Below are positions 24,329-32,000 of a stretch of 32,000 nt of DNA, piece by piece. Numbering within the stretch: the stretch's first letter is position 1; every line of letters starts with the position of its first letter. This DNA comes from Mycobacterium tuberculosis H37Rv (GTDB lineage: Bacteria > Actinomycetota > Actinomycetes > Mycobacteriales > Mycobacteriaceae): NCBI RefSeq assembly GCF_000195955.2, contig NC_000962.3, forward strand, positions 1,590,001 through 1,622,000, written 5' to 3'. The translations under genes were made by a program, and so were the position numbers. The notes below the pieces were generated by a model. That model was not told the origin of the DNA, did no database searches, and was given only the letters and a program-made list of their open reading frames with translations.

Positions 24329-25567
24329 ATGAGCGTTGCAAACCTCAAGGATCTACTCGCCGAAGGTGTTTCGGGGCGTGGAGTGCTGGTGCGCTCCGAT
24401 CTCAACGTTCCGCTCGACGAGGACGGCACCATTACCGATGCGGGCCGCATCATCGCGTCGGCGCCGACGTTGAAGGCGTTGCTCGACGCCGACGCCAAGG
24501 TGGTGGTTGCCGCGCACTTGGGACGTCCCAAGGACGGGCCGGACCCGACACTGTCGCTGGCGCCGGTCGCCGTGGCGCTGGGTGAGCAACTCGGCCGGCA
24601 CGTCCAGCTGGCTGGAGACGTTGTCGGCGCCGATGCGCTGGCCCGCGCCGAGGGGCTCACCGGCGGCGACATCCTGCTGCTGGAGAACATCCGCTTCGAC
24701 AAACGCGAAACCAGCAAGAACGATGACGACCGGCGGGCACTGGCCAAGCAGCTGGTCGAACTGGTCGGAACGGGAGGCGTTTTCGTCTCCGACGGCTTTG
24801 GGGTGGTGCACCGCAAGCAAGCCTCGGTCTATGACATCGCAACCCTGTTGCCGCACTACGCCGGCACGCTGGTCGCCGACGAGATGCGGGTACTGGAGCA
24901 GTTGACCAGCTCGACCCAGCGGCCCTATGCGGTAGTGCTCGGCGGATCAAAGGTGTCCGACAAGCTGGGTGTCATCGAGTCGCTGGCGACCAAGGCGGAC
25001 AGCATTGTGATTGGCGGCGGAATGTGCTTCACATTCCTTGCTGCACAGGGATTTTCGGTTGGCACATCGCTGCTGGAAGACGACATGATCGAAGTCTGTC
25101 GCGGGCTGCTGGAAACCTATCACGACGTGTTGCGGCTGCCCGTGGATCTAGTGGTCACGGAGAAGTTCGCCGCCGACTCGCCGCCCCAGACGGTCGACGT
25201 CGGCGCTGTGCCCAATGGCTTGATGGGCCTGGATATCGGGCCGGGATCGATCAAACGGTTCAGCACGCTGCTGTCCAACGCCGGGACCATCTTCTGGAAC
25301 GGGCCGATGGGAGTATTCGAGTTCCCGGCTTATGCGGCCGGCACCAGAGGCGTCGCCGAGGCGATCGTCGCCGCCACCGGCAAAGGGGCGTTTAGTGTGG
25401 TCGGCGGCGGTGACTCCGCGGCCGCAGTGCGCGCGATGAACATCCCCGAGGGCGCCTTCTCACACATATCCACCGGCGGCGGTGCCTCGCTGGAATACCT
25501 TGAGGGCAAGACGCTTCCCGGCATCGAGGTACTGAGCCGTGAGCAGCCAACCGGAGGAGTTTTGTGA
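24329..25567 (+). CDS. pgk: Phosphoglycerate kinase
   Basis: 412 aa; [86 protein letters not shown]. Confidence 0.98.
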
Positions 25568-26349
25568 GCCGCAAGCCGCTGATAGCCGGCAACTGGAAGA
25601 TGAACCTCAACCACTACGAGGCGATCGCGCTGGTGCAAAAGATCGCGTTCTCGTTGCCGGACAAGTATTACGACCGGGTTGACGTCGCGGTGATCCCGCC
25701 GTTTACCGACCTGCGCAGCGTGCAAACCCTGGTCGACGGCGACAAGCTGCGGTTGACCTATGGTGCACAAGACTTGTCACCACATGACTCCGGTGCCTAT
25801 ACGGGTGACGTCAGCGGCGCCTTTCTGGCCAAGTTGGGGTGCAGTTACGTTGTCGTCGGGCACTCCGAGCGGCGCACCTATCACAACGAGGATGACGCGC
25901 TGGTGGCCGCCAAAGCCGCCACCGCACTCAAGCATGGCTTGACCCCAATCGTGTGTATTGGCGAGCACCTCGACGTCCGCGAGGCGGGAAATCATGTGGC
26001 CCACAACATCGAACAGTTGCGTGGATCGCTGGCCGGGCTATTGGCCGAGCAGATCGGCAGCGTCGTCATCGCCTACGAACCGGTCTGGGCGATCGGCACC
26101 GGGCGGGTGGCCAGCGCCGCCGACGCCCAGGAGGTGTGTGCGGCGATCCGAAAAGAGTTGGCCTCGTTGGCCTCGCCGAGGATTGCCGATACGGTGCGGG
26201 TGCTCTACGGCGGCTCGGTGAACGCCAAAAACGTCGGCGACATCGTGGCCCAGGATGACGTCGATGGTGGCCTGGTCGGCGGGGCGTCGCTGGACGGGGA
26301 GCATTTCGCGACGCTGGCCGCGATTGCGGCCGGTGGTCCGTTGCCGTAG
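25564..26349 (+). CDS. tpiA: Triosephosphate isomerase
   Basis: 261 aa, GTG start overlapping the pgk stop; [51 protein letters not shown]. Confidence 0.98.
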
Positions 26350-26364
26350 CGGATCGCGGGCGTG

Positions 26365-26953
26365 CTACACCCGTAGACCTTCGAGTAGGGCCATAAATGC
26401 GCGTTCGACCTCGACTCTGGTCCGGTCTTTGTCCGTCGCGTCCGCGATCTGCAGCGCGGATTCGGTTAGCGCGGCCAGCAGCAGATGCGAAAGTGGTGGC
26501 AACGGTACGCGCTGAATCACCCCGGCGGCCATCCCGCGTTCGAGAGCCCCGACCAGCAGACCAAGCCCTAGCGCATGTCGATCCGGCGCCATTCGCCCCA
26601 CCCGAGCACTGACGGGCCGTCAATCGCAATGACCTGCAGCGCATCCGGTTTGGTCGCCGCGTCAAGGAAGGCGTGGAAGCCGACGACCAGCAGATCCAGG
26701 CGTCGGTGACCTTCGCTATGGCGGCTTCGACGTCGGCGACCAGGTCGGCTTCGACAACCTCGAGTACCGTCTGGAACAGATCTTTCTTGCTGTCGAAGTG
26801 GTAGTCCAGGGCGCCACGGGTGACTCGGGCACGGGTGACGATGTCTTCGATCGAGACGTCACCATAGTCGCGCCGCGCGAATAGGTAACGGCCAGCGTCG
26901 ACGAGGGCTCGACGCGTCGCGTCCGTGTGGTCCGAGCGCCTGCTGGCCGTCAT
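26365..26953 (-). pseudogene. TetR-family regulator interrupted by two apparent -1 frameshifts
   Basis: Intact TetR N-terminus from ATG 26953 (MTASRRSDHTDATRRALVDAGRYLFARRDYGDVSIEDIVTRARVTRGALDYHFDSKKDLFQTVLEVVEADLVADVEAAIAKVTDA). Homology-like sequence then continues in a second frame (LDLLVVGFHAFLDAATKPDALQVIAIDGPSVLGWGEWRRIDMR, ending at TAG 26570-26568) and in a third frame (GLGLLVGALERGMAAGVIQRVPLPPLSHLLLAALTESALQIADATDKDRTRVEVERAFMALLEGLRV*, stop at 26365). Confidence 0.78.
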
Positions 26954-26960
26954 TTCGACG

Positions 26961-27386
26961 TCAAGCCCGGCTTCGCATGGTTGTCAACCAGCCACGCCAG
27001 GCCGACGGATGCTTGACTACCTTGATCAACAGTGGGAGCGAGTCGAAATAGCTCACGCGTTCTACGGCCTTGTCGCCACGCAGCAGGAACCGATCGACGA
27101 CTGGCCACTCGACGACCTCGCTGCCGAGCCGTGCTATCAGCCGGAACTCGATGAACACCACGTCGCCTGCTTGGCTCCACCGGTCAACTTCCCCGTGCAG
27201 GTCAGGCAGCAAACCCAGAATCCGAGTGAACTCCCGCTGGGCCGCCCCCAGGCCGTGCCTCGGCGGTGACAGTGGCCGTACCAGGACTACGTCGGGATGA
27301 AGGTGATCGGTCAGTCTATCCGGCGACGGCGCCTTCCAGAAGTCGGCGAACCCTTCGACGAATGCGTTGGATGCGCTCATCTGCAT
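26961..27386 (-). CDS. SnoaL/NTF2-like conserved protein (probably Rv1439c)
   Basis: 141 aa MQMSASNAFVEGFADFWKAPSPDRLTDHLHPDVVLVRPLSPPRHG...; SnoaL-like pattern (FWKxPxPDRLxxxLHPDV..., ...FLLRGDKAVERVSYFD). Confidence 0.78.
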   Translation of the reverse strand: MQMSASNAFVEGFADFWKAPSPDRLTDHLHPDVVLVRPLSPPRHGLGAAQREFTRILGLLPDLHGEVDRWSQAGDVVFIEFRLIARLGSEVVEWPVVDRFLLRGDKAVERVSYFDSLPLLIKVVKHPSAWRGWLTTMRSRA

Positions 27387-27416
27387 GGCCCTTTCGGTGT
27401 TTGTTCGCTCGACAGT

Positions 27417-27429
27417 CTTACTGCGTAAG
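27417..27429. promoter_or_regulatory. Candidate regulator operator: 13-nt inverted repeat CTTAC-TGC-GTAAG about 30 nt upstream of the SnoaL-like gene start
   Basis: Direct sequence reading; position relative to the SnoaL/TetR gene pair. Confidence 0.35.
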
Positions 27430-27836
27430 CCTGGGGGCGAATTCAGCGGACATCGTTGCTTATCGGTAGGAAGCTACGGCCGTCACAGTGGTCTCAGCAG
27501 CGGGGGAATACACATTTTGCCCGCCCCGGCGCGACAACTCGGTTGAAGTCATGCCCGGATCGGCATGTTTGGCCACGAACGGAATCGCGACAGCGCCACG
27601 GCGTCGAGCCTCGCCATGCACCTAGCCGGCGCCTTTGAACTCGTGAGCGGACCGAAGTGGACCGCCTGTCGCTTCGAGGCGGGCACAGTGCGTATTCCCT
27701 CGCAAGGGAAGCGCCGGTGGCAGGCGTGACAGCCGCGGTCAGTGCACGCCTCAAAGCCGATGAGGCGCGACGGCCTGGGTTCTACGCGGCAGGCAGCGGT
27801 CCGCTGCCGCAGGTTCGGGGGAGTACGCTACCCGTC

Positions 27837-28070
27837 ATGGAATTGGCCCTGCAGATCACGCTGATCGTCACGAGCGTGCTGGTGGTGTTGTTAGTACTGC
27901 TGCACCGGGCCAAGGGTGGCGGGCTATCGACACTGTTCGGCGGTGGTGTGCAGTCAAGCCTGTCCGGCTCGACGGTGGTGGAGAAGAACCTGGACCGGTT
28001 GACGCTGTTCGTTACCGGCATCTGGCTGGTGTCCATCATCGGCGTGGCGTTGCTCATCAAATACCGCTAG
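27837..28070 (+). CDS. secG: Preprotein translocase subunit SecG
   Basis: 77 aa from ATG 27837: MELALQITLIVTSVLVVLLVLLHRAKGGGLSTLFGGGVQSSLSGSTVVEKNLDRLTLFVTGIWLVSIIGVALLIKYR. The longer 137-aa ORF only adds an unrelated upstream extension. Confidence 0.95.
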   Translation: MELALQITLIVTSVLVVLLVLLHRAKGGGLSTLFGGGVQSSLSGSTVVEKNLDRLTLFVTGIWLVSIIGVALLIKYR

Positions 28071-28208
28071 CGCTGGTCGGCTACCGCCGACCGGACCGGG
28101 GGAAGCGGTAGCTCATTGCCGATTACGACTTGGTGCAGCGCAGGATTCTGCTGACCATGACCGGGCTGGCCAGCGCGCTCAGAAACAGTGGTTAGTCGGC
28201 CTGACCGG

Positions 28209-29684
<1,476 letters not shown>

Positions 29685-29790
29685 CGCTGCAGTCTAAAAC
29701 CTGGTGCCATCGTTGCGACGCAAAACAATCGACATGCTTACCATTTCTGAGCTCAACTAGCTGCTAGGTTGCCGCACTAGACTGCTGCAA

Positions 29791-32000
29791 ATGCAGGTCT
29801 ATACGTCGGCAACGCACTGGGGCGTGTTCACCGCTCGGGTGCACGGCGGCGACATTGCGGCCGTGGCCGCGCTCGCCAGTGACACCAACCCGGCTCCGCA
29901 GCTGCAAAACCTGCCCGGCGCGGTACGTCACCGCAGCCGCATCGCCAACCCCGCCGTACGGCGCGGATGGCTGCAGCATGGCCCGGGGCCCAGCTCGGCT
30001 CGCGGCGCCGAAGAGTTCGTGGAGGTCAGCTGGGACGAGTTGATCGAGCTGCTGGCTTCCGAGCTGCGCCGTACCGTCGACCGCTACGGCAACGAGGCGA
30101 TCTATGGCAGCTCCTACGGCTGGGCCAGCGCCGGACGGTTCCACCACGCGCAAAGCCAGGTGCACCGGTTCCTCAACATGCTCGGCGGGTACACCGCATC
30201 CCGGCACAGCTACAGCGCCGGCGCGTCCGAAGTGATCTTCCCGCATATCGTCGGCGCGGCCCTGTTCGAAGCCCTGGCCGAGACCACGACCTGGGATGTC
30301 ATCGTCGACCACACCGCGCTGTTGGTGGCGTTCGGCGGATTGCCGGTGAAGAACACCGCGGTGATGCCCGGCGGTACCACCGCTCATCCGGACCGCGACT
30401 ACGTCGGCCGGTACCGGGCTCGCGGCGGTCGGCTGGTGTCGGTCAGCCCGCTACGTGACGACATCGCCGCGATCGCCGGTCCGCTCGACGATCGATGTCG
30501 CTGGCTTGCGCCGGTGCCTGGCACCGATGTGGCGATCATGCTCGGGCTGGCATACGTGCTGGCCACCGAGTCGCTGGCCGATCGCGCGTTCCTTGGCAGG
30601 TATTGCACCGGCTACGAACGCTTCGAGCGCTACCTGCTGGGCCTGGATGATGGGATTCCCAAGACACCCGAATGGGCCGCCGCGCTGTCCGGGCTCGCCG
30701 CCGGCGATCTGCGAGATCTGGCCCGCCGGATGGCCGAGCACCGGACTCTGATCACCACCAGTCTGTCGTTACAGCGGATAGAGCACGGCGAGCAGACCGT
30801 GTGGATGGCCGCGACCCTAGCGGCGATGCTGGGCCAGATCGGGCTTCCCGGAGGGGGTTTCGGTCACGGCTACAGCAGCAACGGCGTCGGCAACCCGCCG
30901 TTGGCGTGCGGCCTGCCGGCATTGCCGCAAGGCAACAATCCGGTGTCGACGTTCATTCCGGTGGCGGCGATCAGTGAGCTGCTGCAGCGGCCCGGCCAGC
31001 GGCTGGCCTACAACGGCCGATTGCTGGAGCTGCCCGACATCAAGTGCGTCTACTGGGCCGGTGGAAATCCGTTCCACCACCACCAGAACCTGCCGCGGCT
31101 GCGTCGTGCACTGTCTCGGGTAGACACGATCGTGGTACACGAACAGTATTGGACCGCGATGGCCAAACACGCCGACATTGTGGTGCCAACCACCACCAGT
31201 TTCGAGCGCGACGACTTCGCCGCCAGCAAGACCAATCCCACCTTGATCGCAATGCCTGCGATGGTGCCGCCGTATGCCAACGCCCGCGACGACTACCACA
31301 CGTTCTCCGCGTTGGCCCACCGGCTGGGGTTCGGCAAGCAATTCACCGAGGGCCGCAGCGCGCGCGAGTGGCTCGAGCACATGTACGACAAGTGGTCGGC
31401 CGAGCTGGATTTCCCGGTGCCGTCATTCGCCGAATTCTGGCGGACCGGCCGGCTGGAACTACCGACCAGAACCGGTTTGACGTGGCTTGCCGATTTCCGG
31501 GCCGACCCGGCGGCCCATCCGTTGGGGACACCCAGCGGGCGGATCGAGATCTTCTCGGACACGGTCGACGCGTTTGCCTTGCCGGACTGTGCCGGGCACC
31601 CCACCTGGTATGAACCGTCCGAATGGCTAGGCGGGCCGCGGGCCGCGCGCTACCCGCTGCATCTGATCGCCAACCAGCCGCGGACCCGACTGCACAGCCA
31701 GCTCGATCACGGCGGCGCCAGCATGGCATCGAAAATCCGTGGACGAGAACCGATCCGGATTCACCCGGATGACGCCGCGGCCCGTGAGCTTACTGACGGC
31801 GACATCGTGCGCGTGTTCAACGACCGCGGCGCCTGCCTGGCGGGTGTGGTGATCGACGACGGGCTACGGCCCAAGGTGGTGCAACTGTCCACCGGTGCGT
31901 GGTTCGATCCCGCCGATCCGCGCGACCCGGACTCGATGTGTGTGCACGGCAATCCCAATGCGCTGAGCAACGATTCCGGCACGTCGTCACTGGCCCACGG
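29791..32000 (+). CDS. bisC: Molybdopterin oxidoreductase, biotin sulfoxide / TMAO / DMSO reductase family; 5' part, runs off the right edge
   Basis: ATG 29791: MQVYTSATHWGVFTARVHGGDI...; EAIYGSSYGWASAGRFHHAQSQVHRFLNMLGGYTASRHSYSAGASEVI, YWAGGNPFHHHQNLPRLRRAL, VVPTTTSFERDD, HLIANQPRTRLHSQLDHG. No stop before 32000, so it is absent from the ORF track. Confidence 0.92.
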   Translation, partial: MQVYTSATHWGVFTARVHGGDIAAVAALASDTNPAPQLQNLPGAVRHRSRIANPAVRRGWLQHGPGPSSARGAEEFVEVSWDELIELLASELRRTVDRYGNEAIYGSSYGWASAGRFHHAQSQVHRFLNMLGGYTASRHSYSAGASEVIFPHIVGAALFEALAETTTWDVIVDHTALLVAFGGLPVKNTAVMPGGTTAHPDRDYVGRYRARGGRLVSVSPLRDDIAAIAGPLDDRCRWLAPVPGTDVAIMLGLAYVLATESLADRAFLGRYCTGYERFERYLLGLDDGIPKTPEWAAALSGLAAGDLRDLARRMAEHRTLITTSLSLQRIEHGEQTVWMAATLAAMLGQIGLPGGGFGHGYSSNGVGNPPLACGLPALPQGNNPVSTFIPVAAISELLQRPGQRLAYNGRLLELPDIKCVYWAGGNPFHHHQNLPRLRRALSRVDTIVVHEQYWTAMAKHADIVVPTTTSFERDDFAASKTNPTLIAMPAMVPPYANARDDYHTFSALAHRLGFGKQFTEGRSAREWLEHMYDKWSAELDFPVPSFAEFWRTGRLELPTRTGLTWLADFRADPAAHPLGTPSGRIEIFSDTVDAFALPDCAGHPTWYEPSEWLGGPRAARYPLHLIANQPRTRLHSQLDHGGASMASKIRGREPIRIHPDDAAARELTDGDIVRVFNDRGACLAGVVIDDGLRPKVVQLSTGAWFDPADPRDPDSMCVHGNPNALSNDSGTSSLAH

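Noticed and set aside
27657-27836. 60-aa N-terminal extension of SecG
   Set aside because: SecG proteins begin directly at the first transmembrane helix (MELALQITLIV); the upstream part has no SecG-like sequence.

Overview
This 32 kb window looks like chromosomal DNA of the Mycobacterium tuberculosis complex. Gene order and protein sequences match my recollection of H37Rv Rv1414 (3' end) to Rv1442 (5' part); no database was searched. Left to right it holds: the 3' end of a D-threonine-aldolase/DSD1-like ORF; ribA2-ribH-Rv1417; lprH; the R-type lectin Rv1419; uvrC-rapZ-yvcK(cuvA)-whiA; divergent Rv1424c and Rv1425 (WS/DGAT); the lipO-fadD12-Rv1428c operon (minus strand); the PucR-like regulator Rv1429; PE16; the Rv1431-Rv1432 pair; the L,D-transpeptidase Rv1433; the proline-rich repeat protein Rv1435c; gap-pgk-tpiA; a minus-strand SnoaL-like gene followed by what reads as a TetR gene broken by two -1 frameshifts; secG; PE_PGRS26; and the start of bisC, which runs off the window. 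I see no CRISPR array, prophage, IS element, tRNA or rRNA, and no convincing undescribed multi-gene system. The observations most worth a second look are: the double-frameshifted TetR pseudogene with a candidate operator palindrome upstream of its neighbour; a perfect 12-bp GC-rich hairpin upstream of PE16; a 21-bp tandem repeat array in Rv1435c; the 3-bp head-to-head start codons of Rv1424c and Rv1425; a Walker A variant in RapZ; and the uncharacterised, translationally overlapping Rv1431/Rv1432 pair.
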